Shown here piece after piece: positions 38,686 through 48,036 of a stretch of DNA of 64,000 nucleotides. Both the position numbers and the translations under genes were made by a program. Location: the NCBI GenBank assembly GCA_963832165.1, contig CAWHTE010000001.1:640001-704000 (forward strand). Reading direction: 5' to 3'. Positions within the stretch are counted from its first letter, which is position 1, and each line of letters begins with the position of its first letter. Source of the DNA: an uncultured delta proteobacterium. GTDB taxonomy: Bacteria > Myxococcota_A > UBA9160 > SMWR01. A model generated the notes under the pieces. It made no database searches and was not told the DNA's origin. It worked only from the letters and a program-made list of their open reading frames with translations.

Positions 38686-39141
38686 ATGAGCCTGAACGTC
38701 TGGAGATCGAAGTGGATCGCGGCGCTCGCCGTGGGACTGGTCGCGGTGGTCGCCGCGAGCTCCGCGGGGGCATTCGGGAAGCGGCGCGGCGGTCCCGGCC
38801 TCGCGCAGCTCGAGCACCGGCTCGAGAAGCTCGATCTCTCCGCCGACGTACGTGCGAAGGCGTACGCGATCGTCGACGCGCAGCGCGCCCAGGAGCGCGC
38901 GCTGCGCGAGCAGATCCGCACCGCGCACCAGGAGCTGGGCGCCCTGGTGAAGGCCGGCACGCCCGACATCGAGGCCGTCGACGCGCAGATCGACGAGCTC
39001 GGCGTGCTGAAGACGCAGCAGCACAAGCAGTTCCTGCACGCGTTGCTGAAGATCGGCGCGCTGCTCCCCGAGCAGCAGCGGGCGCAGTGGTTCGAGCCGC
39101 CGCACCGCCGCGATCATCACCGCGGCGAGCGGCAGCGCTGA
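38686..39141 (+). CDS. Spy/CpxP-family periplasmic protein
   Basis: Signal peptide, helical body, LDLS...LPEQQR motifs; ECF-like promoter TAAACC...GTCAGAT upstream. Confidence 0.78.
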   Translation: MSLNVWRSKWIAALAVGLVAVVAASSAGAFGKRRGGPGLAQLEHRLEKLDLSADVRAKAYAIVDAQRAQERALREQIRTAHQELGALVKAGTPDIEAVDAQIDELGVLKTQQHKQFLHALLKIGALLPEQQRAQWFEPPHRRDHHRGERQR

Positions 39142-39208
39142 ATCCGCGGGCAGCCGGGGCCGGCGCCTGCGCCGTCCCCGGTGCCCGCCTTGCCATGCGA
39201 GACGCGTC

Positions 39209-39802
39209 GTGCAGCCTCTGATCCGATCGTTTCCAACCATCGCAGCGCCGTCAGGAGCGGAGGTGGAGTCGGAAGCCGACCTCGAGCTGTGCTTCGACGC
39301 GTTCGTGAACGACCATCGCGAGCGCGCGCTTCGCCTCGCGTGGCGCCTGCTCGGCGGCGACGCCGCTGCGGCGGAGGACGTGGCGCAGGAGGCCTTTGCT
39401 CGCGCCTATCGCGGGCTCTCCCGCTTCCGCGGCGAAGCGGCCCTCACCACGTGGTTCCACCGCATCCTCGTCAACGAAGTGCGCCGCCATCAGCGCTGGC
39501 GGGCGCTCCGCGCGGCGTGGTGGGTCGACGATCGCGAGCCCGACACGGTGCCGGACCCGAGCAGCTGCGGCGACGCGCTGCGGCCCGACCCGGCGCTGCG
39601 GCGCCGCATCGGCGATGCGATCGCCGCGCTGCCGCGCGGACAACGCGAGGCGTTCGTGCTCGTGCACCTCGAGGGGCTCACGTTGTCGGAGGCCGCATCG
39701 GCAACCGGGCGCGCGGTAGGTACGATGAAGTCGCATCTGCACCGCGCGCTGGCGAGCCTGCGCGATCGGCTCGCGGACCTCGCGCCGGAGGAGAAGCAAT
39801 GA
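39209..39802 (+). CDS. ECF sigma factor
   Basis: AEDVAQEAF, WFHRILVN, LPRGQRE, GTMKSHLHRA; start 39209 or about 39262. Confidence 0.92.
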   Translation: MQPLIRSFPTIAAPSGAEVESEADLELCFDAFVNDHRERALRLAWRLLGGDAAAAEDVAQEAFARAYRGLSRFRGEAALTTWFHRILVNEVRRHQRWRALRAAWWVDDREPDTVPDPSSCGDALRPDPALRRRIGDAIAALPRGQREAFVLVHLEGLTLSEAASATGRAVGTMKSHLHRALASLRDRLADLAPEEKQ

Positions 39803-40170
39803 GCGACCGCCCTGAAATCGATCGCGACGCGGAGCTCGTGCGCCGGATCGCGCAGAGCTACCGGCCGCCCGAACCGGAGCCTTCGGCGCGAGTCGCCTTC
39901 CGCGCAGGGGTCGATGCGCGCATCCGGCGTCGGGCGGGGCGCAAGCTGTGGCTGGCGGGCGCAGCGACCGCCGCCGTCGCCGTGTCGTTCGCGCTGCTGC
40001 GCGGCTCACTGCCGGCCGACGCGCCGACGGCGCCGCCCGCGACGGTTGCCGGGATCGAGACCGGGGAGGCGCTGCTCGCGCTGACGCTGCCGACCGAGTC
40101 CGATGCGGAAGCGCTGCCGGCCGACTATCAGGCGATCGAGGAGCTGTTCCTCGAAGGCGAGGGGGTGTAA
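39799..40170 (+). CDS. Putative single-TM anti-sigma factor
   Basis: ATGA overlap with the sigma stop; one TM helix. Confidence 0.7.
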   Translation: MSDRPEIDRDAELVRRIAQSYRPPEPEPSARVAFRAGVDARIRRRAGRKLWLAGAATAAVAVSFALLRGSLPADAPTAPPATVAGIETGEALLALTLPTESDAEALPADYQAIEELFLEGEGV

Positions 40171-40173
40171 CGC

Positions 40174-40662
40174 GTGACCCTGCGACCGCTCCGATCTCGT
40201 GCTCTGCTCGCGCGCTGGGCGGCGCTCTCTCTGGTCGCGTTCGCGCTGTGCGGCGGTGGGTTCGACCGCCACGACCGGCCCGGGATCGAGCGGATCCTCG
40301 AGCACAACGCGGAGCGCCTCCAGCTCGACGCCGCGACGCGCGAGCAGATCCGCGCGCTCGCGGTGGCGGGGCGGGAGCGCTCTCGGCCGCTGCGCGAGGA
40401 GCTTCACCGTCAGCGCGACGAGCTGCGAGCGCTGCTCTCGTCCGACGCGCCCGACGCCGGCGCCGTGATGCAGAAGGCCGAGCAGATCGGCGATACGGAG
40501 ACCGCTGTCTCCAAGGAGCGACTGCGCACGATGCTCGAGATCCGCGCGCTGCTCACGACCGAACAGCGGCGAGAGCTCGTGCGCATCCACGAGGAGTTCC
40601 GCGAACGTCGCAAGGCGGAGCGCGGCGGCGACCGCTGGCGCGATCGAGGCGAGCCCGAGTAA
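40174..40662 (+). CDS. Spy/CpxP-family periplasmic protein
   Basis: Signal peptide; LLTTEQR (LTXXQ) motif. Confidence 0.82.
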   Translation: MTLRPLRSRALLARWAALSLVAFALCGGGFDRHDRPGIERILEHNAERLQLDAATREQIRALAVAGRERSRPLREELHRQRDELRALLSSDAPDAGAVMQKAEQIGDTETAVSKERLRTMLEIRALLTTEQRRELVRIHEEFRERRKAERGGDRWRDRGEPE

Positions 40663-40671
40663 CGTCGCCGG

Positions 40672-41610
40672 ATGTTCGACAACCGCGTGACCCGGATGCT
40701 CGGCGTCGAGATCCCGATCGTACAGGCGCCGATGGGCTGGATCGCGCGCTCCCAGCTCGCATCCGCGGTCTCGAACGCAGGCGCACTCGGCATCATCGAG
40801 ACCTCTTCGGGCGAGCTCGACGCGGTGCGCGAGGAGATCCGCAAGATGCGCGATCTCACCGACCGCCCGTTCGGCGTCAACATCGCCCAGCTCTTCGTGC
40901 GCGATCCGAGCATCGTCGAGTTCGTGGTCGAGCAGGGCGTGAAGTTCGTGACGACGTCGGCGGGCGATCCGACCAAGTACACGCGCGCGCTGAAGAGCGC
41001 GGGGCTGACCGTCTTCCACGTGGTGCCGACGCTGCGCGCCGCGCAGAAAGCGGTCGACGCGGGCGTGGACGGGCTCGTGGTCGAAGGCGGGGAGGGCGGC
41101 GGCTTCAAGAACCCGCGCGAGGTCTCGACGATGGTGCTGCTCCCGCTCGTGCGCGAGAAGGTGGACGTGCCGATCATCGCTGCGGGCGGGATCTGCGACG
41201 GCAAGACGATGGCGGCTGCGTTCGCACTGGGCGCCGAGGGCGTGCAGATGGGCACGCGCATGGTGTCGTCGGTCGAATCGCCGATCCACGTGAACTGGAA
41301 GAACGCGATCGTCGCGGCCGCCGAGACCGGCACGGTGATGCTCAAGCCCGAGAAGGGGCCGGCGCTGCGCGCGCTGCGCACCGAGCGCACGTCGCGCCTC
41401 GAGAAGGACCCGAACCACTCGATGGCGGAGCTCGGCGGCGGCGTGCGCGAGGTCTACTTCGAGGGCAACCTCGAGGCGGGCGTCGCGCTCTCGGGCCAGG
41501 TCGCGGGCCGGATCGAAGCGATCGAGCCCGTGGCCGAGGTGATTGCGCGCACGGTGCGCGAGTTCCACGAGACGGTCGAGGCGCTCGCGAAGAATCACCT
41601 GCGGCGTTAG
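40672..41610 (+). CDS. Nitronate monooxygenase/FabK-like flavoenzyme
   Basis: PIVQAPM, EGGEGGG, IAAGGI, GVQMGTR. Confidence 0.9.
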   Translation: MFDNRVTRMLGVEIPIVQAPMGWIARSQLASAVSNAGALGIIETSSGELDAVREEIRKMRDLTDRPFGVNIAQLFVRDPSIVEFVVEQGVKFVTTSAGDPTKYTRALKSAGLTVFHVVPTLRAAQKAVDAGVDGLVVEGGEGGGFKNPREVSTMVLLPLVREKVDVPIIAAGGICDGKTMAAAFALGAEGVQMGTRMVSSVESPIHVNWKNAIVAAAETGTVMLKPEKGPALRALRTERTSRLEKDPNHSMAELGGGVREVYFEGNLEAGVALSGQVAGRIEAIEPVAEVIARTVREFHETVEALAKNHLRR

Positions 41611-41662
41611 GCAAGCCGCCCCGGCGGGTCTGGCGCGAACGAGTCGTTGCCGACCGCGTCGA

Positions 41663-42466
41663 TCAGGCGGCGGGCACCCTGGGCGCCACGCGCGCCGCGC
41701 GCCTGCGTCCCAGGCGCGGAACGTACTTGGGCGTGGTCCCCTGGTATTGGCGGTAGACGTCGCCGAAGTGCGCGACCAGGTCGCGCTCCTCGAGGAATAC
41801 GGCCACGACCATGTACGCGGTGGCGACCACCGCGAACAGCAGATGCCCCGCGCTCATCGTGGGCGTCGACCAGAAGATGATCGCCCACGCGACGTACAGC
41901 GGATGGCGCACGTACGAGTACATGCCCGGGGTCGCGAACGGGTGCGACGTGTACGGCCGCCCGCGAAACGCGAGCCACGCCTGGCGCAGGCCGAACAGGT
42001 CGAAGTGGTCGATCAGCGCGGTCGCGTACAGGAGCAGGATCCAGCCCGAGAAGTACAGCGCGCGCAAGACGAGTACGCCGACCGGGTTCGTCACCGCCCA
42101 GACCGTCCCGCCGATCGGCTGCCAGAACACGAACAGCGCGACGAGCGCGAGTGACGACAGCAGCACGTAGGTCGGACGCTCCGCGGGTTCGGGGACGATC
42201 TTCGTCCATGCGCGCTTGAAGGCGGGCCGCGCCATGACCGAGTGCTGCACCGCGAACAGCGACAAGAGGCCCAGGTTCACCGCGAGCGCGAGACCGAGCG
42301 GCCCGGGCTCGCCCGAATCGATCGTCTTGGGCGCGATGGCGAAGCCCCCGATGAACGCGATCGCATACAGGAAGACCGCGAAGAAGAGCGCGTAGCAGGC
42401 GACGCCCCAGGCGAGGAAGCCGATGCGCTTCACGAGCGGGGCGGAGGTCGTGGTCCGATCGGTCAT
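41663..42466 (-). CDS. mddA: Methanethiol S-methyltransferase (ICMT/NnrU-like membrane protein)
   Basis: FAVQHSVMARP.FK..W, ER.TYVL, HFDLFGLRQ, VRHPLY, TPTMSAGHLLFA, EERDL. Confidence 0.85.
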   Translation of the reverse strand: MTDRTTTSAPLVKRIGFLAWGVACYALFFAVFLYAIAFIGGFAIAPKTIDSGEPGPLGLALAVNLGLLSLFAVQHSVMARPAFKRAWTKIVPEPAERPTYVLLSSLALVALFVFWQPIGGTVWAVTNPVGVLVLRALYFSGWILLLYATALIDHFDLFGLRQAWLAFRGRPYTSHPFATPGMYSYVRHPLYVAWAIIFWSTPTMSAGHLLFAVVATAYMVVAVFLEERDLVAHFGDVYRQYQGTTPKYVPRLGRRRAARVAPRVPAA

Positions 42467-42574
42467 GGCGGGATCTCCTTCGCAGGGGGGATCCTACGCC
42501 TGGGCGTCGGGATCGGCTGCGCAATCCCGGTCAAGATAGCTTGACGATCGGGCCGAGGCCGGCCGGTGCGTTAC

Positions 42575-43033
42575 CTACGCCTCGAGCTGGATCCGCACGA
42601 TCGCGATCTCCTCGCCGAGGAAATCGAACTGATCGGTTCGCAGCCCGGCGCCAGGATCGTAGTCGGCGACGTGGAACACGCGGCGCATGTAGGGCACGCG
42701 GCGCAGGGTCTGCTCGGCGAGCTCGCGGAACTCGTCGGAGCCCGGAGCCACGAGCTCGGCGCGGCCGTCGCAATCGCGACCGCGCAGCCGCACCGCGACG
42801 GGACCGGGCTCGTAGTAGTTGCGCCACCACTGCTTGCGGCGCGCTTCGGAGACCATCACCACGAGGTCGTCGCCGTGGCGCTGATAGCCGACCGGGATGC
42901 TGTAGCGCCGGCCGCTATTGCGTCCGGTGACCGTGAGCAGAACCAGGCCGGGTGAGAGCAGTGGGTGCAACGGCGACCGCAAGAGCGCCGCGATCAGCGG
43001 ATTCAGGCGTGAGAGGACGCCGTCGACCGACAT
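42575..43033 (-). CDS. Deazaflavin-dependent nitroreductase (DDN)-like protein
   Basis: LLRSPLH, LLTVTGRNSGR.Y.IPV, WWRN. Confidence 0.78.
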   Translation of the reverse strand: MSVDGVLSRLNPLIAALLRSPLHPLLSPGLVLLTVTGRNSGRRYSIPVGYQRHGDDLVVMVSEARRKQWWRNYYEPGPVAVRLRGRDCDGRAELVAPGSDEFRELAEQTLRRVPYMRRVFHVADYDPGAGLRTDQFDFLGEEIAIVRIQLEA

Positions 43034-43875
43034 GCAGCTAGTCGCGTGCGGCCGCGCGCTTCCGCGAGCAGCTGCTCCGTGGTCACGCAGCGGTCGCCGT
43101 TCTTGAGCTCACCCGTGAAGTGCACGGGCCGGAGCACGCGGTCGAGGTAGCCCGGGCCCTCGGCGGTCGGTACGAACCAGCCGGTCGGGCACATGGTGAG
43201 GATCTCGACGAACGAGAAGCCGCGCCGCGCGAGCTGGGTCTCGAACGCGCGCCGCACCATCGCCTTGGTCTTCACCACCGAGGTCGCGTCGTGAACGCTG
43301 CCGCGCGCGGCGTAGGCGGTGCCGCCGAGAGGCGCGATCAGGTCGGCGATCCGGATCGGGTGGCCGTGATAGGCGGCGTCGCGTCCCTCGAGCGTGTTCT
43401 TGGTGCGCTGGCCGATCGCCGTGGTGGCGGTCATGTGCCCGCCGGTCTCGCCGAACACGCCGTTGTTGATCAGCACGCACGTGACCGACTCGCCGCGCGC
43501 CGCGGTGTGGATCACCTCCTGGAGTCCCTCGTTCACCATGTCGCCGTCGCCCTGAAGCGTGAAGATCAGCGTCTCGGGGCGCATGCGCTTCGCCCCGGTC
43601 GCAACCGACGGTGCGCGGCCGTGCAGCGCCTGGACCAGGTCGACGTCCATCGTGCTCGTGAACGCCGTGTAGCAGCCGATCCCGATCACGCCGATCGCCT
43701 TCTCCGCGCAGCCGAGCTCTTCGATCACCTCGAGCAGCAGGCGGATCGCGACCGGCTCGCCGCAGCCCGGGCACAGGTCGTGGTCCTCGGAGAGGAGCAG
43801 GCGCGGCTTGAAGTGGCCGAGGCGGCGCGCCGGCTCGCTCGGCGGCCGGTCGATCGGAACCACCCGTCCACTCAT
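43003..43875 (-). CDS. 2-oxoacid:ferredoxin oxidoreductase beta subunit (TPP-binding)
   Basis: CPGCG, GIGC, HGRA, GDGD...NN, CPT; the 31-nt overlap with the next gene suggests the true stop may be near 43038. Confidence 0.92.
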   Translation of the reverse strand: MSGRVVPIDRPPSEPARRLGHFKPRLLLSEDHDLCPGCGEPVAIRLLLEVIEELGCAEKAIGVIGIGCYTAFTSTMDVDLVQALHGRAPSVATGAKRMRPETLIFTLQGDGDMVNEGLQEVIHTAARGESVTCVLINNGVFGETGGHMTATTAIGQRTKNTLEGRDAAYHGHPIRIADLIAPLGGTAYAARGSVHDATSVVKTKAMVRRAFETQLARRGFSFVEILTMCPTGWFVPTAEGPGYLDRVLRPVHFTGELKNGDRCVTTEQLLAEARGRTRLAACRSTASSHA

Positions 43876-44933
43876 CGCATCGCCCCCTCGACGCGCCGTC
43901 GCACGTCGCCGGGCGAGTAGATGTCGCCCACGCCGAAGCCGGCCTCGTCGCTCGAGATCCCGCCAATCGCGTCGACCGGCACCGCTCCGAGCACGGCGAG
44001 CCGGACGTCGTCGATCATCTGACCCGCGTTCTGCTCGAGCACCGCGATCCGGCGCGCGCCCGCGGCCGTGCGCGCGAGCGCCTCGGCCGGGAACGGCCAC
44101 AGCGTGATCGGGCGGAACAGTCCCACGCGCACGCCCTCGGCGCGCAGCTCGCGCACCGCGTTGCGCGCGAAGCGCGCGAGCGAGCCGAACGCGACGATCA
44201 CGAGATCGGCGTCGGCGCAGTCGGTGGCCTCGAAGCGCTGCTCCGCGCGCGCGATCGCGTCGGTCTTGTCGGCGAGGCGCTGCCAGAACTTCTCGGGCTC
44301 GATGCCCTTCACGCCCTTGCGCATGCCGATCGGGTTCACGTTGCGCGAGCGGCCGGTGCCGCCGAGCGAGCCGTCGACGGCCCAGTCCTTCGCGGGCAGC
44401 GGGCCGAAGTCGATCGCGGAGACGTCCACCGACTCCGAGGTGTGCGCGAGCAGGAAGTCGCCGTAGATCGACACCGGATTGCGCCAGCGATCGGCGAGAT
44501 GGAACGCGAGCTGGGTGAGCTCCACCGCCTCTCGCACGTCGATCGGCGCGAGCACGACGTAGCGATAGTCGCCGTGACCCCCGCCGCGCGTGGCCTGGAA
44601 GTAGTCGTACTGCCCGCGCGCCATGTGGAACAACACGAGCGGCAGCTCGGCGCGCGTGATCTCGGACAGCGACTCCTGCATCAGGGCGATGCCCTGACCC
44701 GTGGATCCGGTGGCCGCGCGCGCGCCCGTCGCGAGCGCGCCCCACGCCATGCCGATCGCCTCGAGCTCGCTCTCGGCGTTGATGCATACACCGCCTTGCT
44801 CGGGCAAGAGCGCCGCGAAGCCTTCCAGGAGCTCCGTGAACGGCGTCATCGGATAGCCCGCGAAGAAGCGGCAGCCGGCCGCGAGCGCGGAGCGCGCGAT
44901 CGCCTCGGAGCCTTCGAGCAATGCGCGTGTCAC
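43872..44933 (-). CDS. 2-oxoacid:ferredoxin oxidoreductase alpha subunit (VorB-like)
   Basis: GYPMTP, AESE, GGGHGDY, FRPITLWPFP, EQNAGQM. Confidence 0.92.
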   Translation of the reverse strand: MTRALLEGSEAIARSALAAGCRFFAGYPMTPFTELLEGFAALLPEQGGVCINAESELEAIGMAWGALATGARAATGSTGQGIALMQESLSEITRAELPLVLFHMARGQYDYFQATRGGGHGDYRYVVLAPIDVREAVELTQLAFHLADRWRNPVSIYGDFLLAHTSESVDVSAIDFGPLPAKDWAVDGSLGGTGRSRNVNPIGMRKGVKGIEPEKFWQRLADKTDAIARAEQRFEATDCADADLVIVAFGSLARFARNAVRELRAEGVRVGLFRPITLWPFPAEALARTAAGARRIAVLEQNAGQMIDDVRLAVLGAVPVDAIGGISSDEAGFGVGDIYSPGDVRRRVEGAMR

Positions 44934-45184
44934 GACGTCACCTCGATCTCGTGAGTGATCGGCGTCTCGTACTGGTAGATCTCGAAGCAGAAGTCCGGGC
45001 ACACGAGCAGGCAGGCGCCGCAGCCCGTGCAGCCGGGCAGCAGCTCCGGGATCGCATAGCCGTTGGCGTTGCGCGTCTCCGACATGCGCAGCACGCGAGG
45101 CGGACACGCGGGAATGCACAGCTCGCAGCCCTTGCAGCGCTCGGCCTCGAGCGTGACCGTGCCGCGGCTCACCACGACGCTCAT
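44930..45184 (-). CDS. 2x[4Fe-4S] ferredoxin (delta subunit)
   Basis: CKGCELC...CP and CTGCGAC...CP. Confidence 0.93.
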   Translation of the reverse strand: MSVVVSRGTVTLEAERCKGCELCIPACPPRVLRMSETRNANGYAIPELLPGCTGCGACLLVCPDFCFEIYQYETPITHEIEVTS

Positions 45185-45762
45185 GCGGCCCTCTCTGTTC
45201 GCGGCCACGCGGGCTCCAGTCCGTCCGGCAGCGCCGCGAAGCCCGCGCGCAACGCGCGTTCGTTCAGCTCGCGGTGCTGGCGGCGCCGCTCCGGCAGCGA
45301 CGCGTCGAGGCCCGCGATCAGCGCGTCGAACGCCACGAGCCCGGTGAGTCGCACGAATGCGCCAACCAGCACGAGCGCACCCGCGAGCGCGCTGCCGCTC
45401 TCGCTGGCGAGCTGCGTCGCGGACACGCCGTACACGTGCCAGTGATCGCCTTCGATCGGCTCCGCGAACAGCGAGGCGTTCGCGACCACGACCGATCCCG
45501 CGGTCAGCTTTGCGGCCACGTGTGGAAAGTACGCGGGGTGCATCGCGATCGTGGACCACGCGCGCGACACGATCGGCGGCGCGCCGACCGGTTCATCGGC
45601 GACGACGAGCGTCGCGTCGGTGGGACCGTTGCGCATCGTTCCACCGTACGATCCGAACAGCATCACCTCGCGCCCTTCGGCAAGCGCCGCGCGCGCGAGT
45701 ACCTGTGCTGCGAGCTGGATGCCCTGACCGCCGATGCCCGTGAACAGGATCTCGCGCTCCAT
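45181..45762 (-). CDS. 2-oxoacid:ferredoxin oxidoreductase gamma subunit
   Basis: GIGGQGI, SYGGTMRNG. Confidence 0.9.
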   Translation of the reverse strand: MEREILFTGIGGQGIQLAAQVLARAALAEGREVMLFGSYGGTMRNGPTDATLVVADEPVGAPPIVSRAWSTIAMHPAYFPHVAAKLTAGSVVVANASLFAEPIEGDHWHVYGVSATQLASESGSALAGALVLVGAFVRLTGLVAFDALIAGLDASLPERRRQHRELNERALRAGFAALPDGLEPAWPRTERAA

Positions 45763-45764
45763 TT

Positions 45765-46460
45765 TCAGGATGGCCTCCGCAGCGCCGCGAGCGAGAACTC
45801 GACCAGGTGCTCGGCCTCGGCGCGCGATGCGGGCTCGCGCCGCGACAGCACGCGCTGCACCCATCCCATCGCGAGCGTGTGGATCGCATCCGCGTCGCGC
45901 TCGGGATCGGCGCCCGGCAGCTCACCGCTTCGAACCGCCTCTGCAATCGCGGTGCGGAGCGGCCCCATGAGCTCGCGCTCCGACGCCTCGACCTCGTCCG
46001 GGAACAGATCCGAGAGCCGCGCGCGCGACACCGCGAAGGGTCGGGTGGCCGTGGCTGCGTCGCCCTGCAGTGCCTGCTCGAGCACGCCGCCGATCCACGC
46101 GCGGATCTTCGCCTCGGCGCCCTGTGCGCTCTCGACGCGATGGGCCAGATAGCTCGCGAGCAGCCGGAAGCCCTCGTCGAGCACGCCGAGCAGCAGCTCG
46201 TCCTTCGAGTGGAAGTGGCGGTAGAAGGCCTGATTCGAGAGGCCCGCGCGCTCGACGATCGACGCCACGCTGGGCTCGAGCGAGCCGGTCTCGCGGATCA
46301 GCTCGAAGCTCGCCGCCACGAGCCGCCGCACCGCGTCGTCGTGGCTCGCCTCGCGGCTCGCGAGGGCGCGCCGCGCGGAGCGCGCGGCCACGGGGCCCAG
46401 ATGAGCGCGGGGACGCTCGGAGGGCGGTGTGTTCTTTGTTTTAGGAACTGTATTCTTCAC
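45765..46460 (-). CDS. TetR family regulator
   Basis: SVASIVERAGLSNQAFYRHFHSKDEL; start uncertain (GTG 46460 or 46391). Confidence 0.88.
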   Translation of the reverse strand: MKNTVPKTKNTPPSERPRAHLGPVAARSARRALASREASHDDAVRRLVAASFELIRETGSLEPSVASIVERAGLSNQAFYRHFHSKDELLLGVLDEGFRLLASYLAHRVESAQGAEAKIRAWIGGVLEQALQGDAATATRPFAVSRARLSDLFPDEVEASERELMGPLRTAIAEAVRSGELPGADPERDADAIHTLAMGWVQRVLSRREPASRAEAEHLVEFSLAALRRPS

Positions 46461-46477
46461 TTCAAGAATGGTATTCT
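46444..46477. promoter_or_regulatory. Tandem palindromic operator candidates
   Basis: AGAATGGTATTCT (46465-46477) and GGAACTGTATTCT (46444-46456) in an AT-rich island at the tetR 5' end. Confidence 0.5.
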
Positions 46478-46513
46478 GGATCGGTGCTGGACGCAAGGAC
46501 TCGTTCTCCCGCC

Positions 46514-47995
46514 CTACGAAGAGAGTCGCTCGACGAGCAACGCGCGCTGCACCTGGCCGGTCGCGGCTGTGCGAGGCAGGGCCGCCACACATTCGAGCCG
46601 CCGCGGCTTCTTGAAGCTCGCGAGCCGTCCCTCGCAGTGGCGCTGCAGCGCCTCGAGCGTGGGCACGGCGCCCGGCCGCGCCACGACCACGGCGCACACC
46701 ACTTCGCCCCAGGTGCGGTCGGGGAGGCCGATCACCGCGATCTCCGCGACGTCGGGATGCGTCGCGAGCCACGCCTCGACTTCGGCCGGCGCAATGCTCT
46801 CGCCGCCGGAGCGGATCAGCTCCTTCTTGCGGCCGACCACGTGCAGATAGCCCTCGGTGTCGAGCTCGCCGAGGTCGCCTGTCTGGTACCAGCCCTCGCG
46901 CAGCGCCGCGTTCGTCGCGGCGGCATCGCCGAAATAACCATCGAACAGATATGCGCTGCGCAGCAGGACCTCGCCGTCGGCGGAGAGCCGCAGATCGACA
47001 CCGGGCGACGCCGGACCGACGCTGCCCGGCTTGCGCAGCACATCGGCGTCGGGCAGCGTGGTGCCCGAGCCGGACTCGGTCGATCCGTAGTAGATCCGCG
47101 TGGCGCTGTGCGGGAATCGCTCCTTGAGCGCGCGCACGAGCTCGATCGGAACTGCCGAGGTCCCCGTGTCTGCCTCGCGCAGACTCGACGTGTCGTACTT
47201 CCCGGGCTTGGCCTCGAGGATGCGCGCCCACACGGCCGGGATCGCGTAGAGGCGATTCGCGCGCCGTCGCTCGACCGCGGCCAGCAGCTCGTCGGCGTTG
47301 GCCGATTCGACCAGCGCGATCTCGCCGCGCGTCTGCCACGCCGCGATCGCGAGCGTGAACCCGGCCATGTGAAACAGCGGGAACATGCACACCGAGCGCT
47401 CGGGCACGTCGCGGAACACGCCCTGGAAGCCGCGCAGATAGTTGGCGCGATGCGAGAGCACGACGCCCTTGGGCCGGCCCGTGCTGCCGCTCGTGAAGAA
47501 GAGCACGTGGGGATCGGTCTCGCGCAGCGCGGCGGACGGAGCGGGCGCGGCCTTCGCGCTGCCGAGCGCGTCGAGCGAGAGATCGATGCCGGGCCCCGCC
47601 CCGCCACCGATCCGCGCGAGATCGGGGATGCCCGCGCCGGCGAGGATTGCGTGCGCGGCCTCGGCGCGTGCGGCGTCGGCGACCAGCAGACGCGCGCGCG
47701 CGAGTGCGGCGACGGGCTGCGCCTCGTCGGGGCCGTGGCGCGCGTTCAGCGGCGCAAAGACGGCGCCGAGCTTCGCGCACGCGACGAACAGCGGCAGCAC
47801 TTCGAGCGCGGTGTCGGCCCAGACGAGCACGCGATCGCCGTGTGCGATCCCGAGTCCCGCGAGCGCAGTCGCGAGCCGATTCGCCGCACCGTCGAGCTGG
47901 GCGTAACTGAGCGTGCGCGCGCCGAGCGAGGCCGCCGCGGCGTTCGGCACCACTTCCGCGTTGCGCCGCACGATGTCGCCGATCAACATGTCCAC
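46514..47995 (-). CDS. Acyl-CoA synthetase (AMP-binding enzyme)
   Basis: FTSGSTGRPKG, YGSTE, TGDLG, GRKKELIRSGGE. Confidence 0.93.
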   Translation of the reverse strand: MDMLIGDIVRRNAEVVPNAAAASLGARTLSYAQLDGAANRLATALAGLGIAHGDRVLVWADTALEVLPLFVACAKLGAVFAPLNARHGPDEAQPVAALARARLLVADAARAEAAHAILAGAGIPDLARIGGGAGPGIDLSLDALGSAKAAPAPSAALRETDPHVLFFTSGSTGRPKGVVLSHRANYLRGFQGVFRDVPERSVCMFPLFHMAGFTLAIAAWQTRGEIALVESANADELLAAVERRRANRLYAIPAVWARILEAKPGKYDTSSLREADTGTSAVPIELVRALKERFPHSATRIYYGSTESGSGTTLPDADVLRKPGSVGPASPGVDLRLSADGEVLLRSAYLFDGYFGDAAATNAALREGWYQTGDLGELDTEGYLHVVGRKKELIRSGGESIAPAEVEAWLATHPDVAEIAVIGLPDRTWGEVVCAVVVARPGAVPTLEALQRHCEGRLASFKKPRRLECVAALPRTAATGQVQRALLVERLSS

Positions 47996-48036
47996 GGGCG
48001 GAAGCTTGCCCGCGCCCGCGCCGGAGGGAAAGCGCT

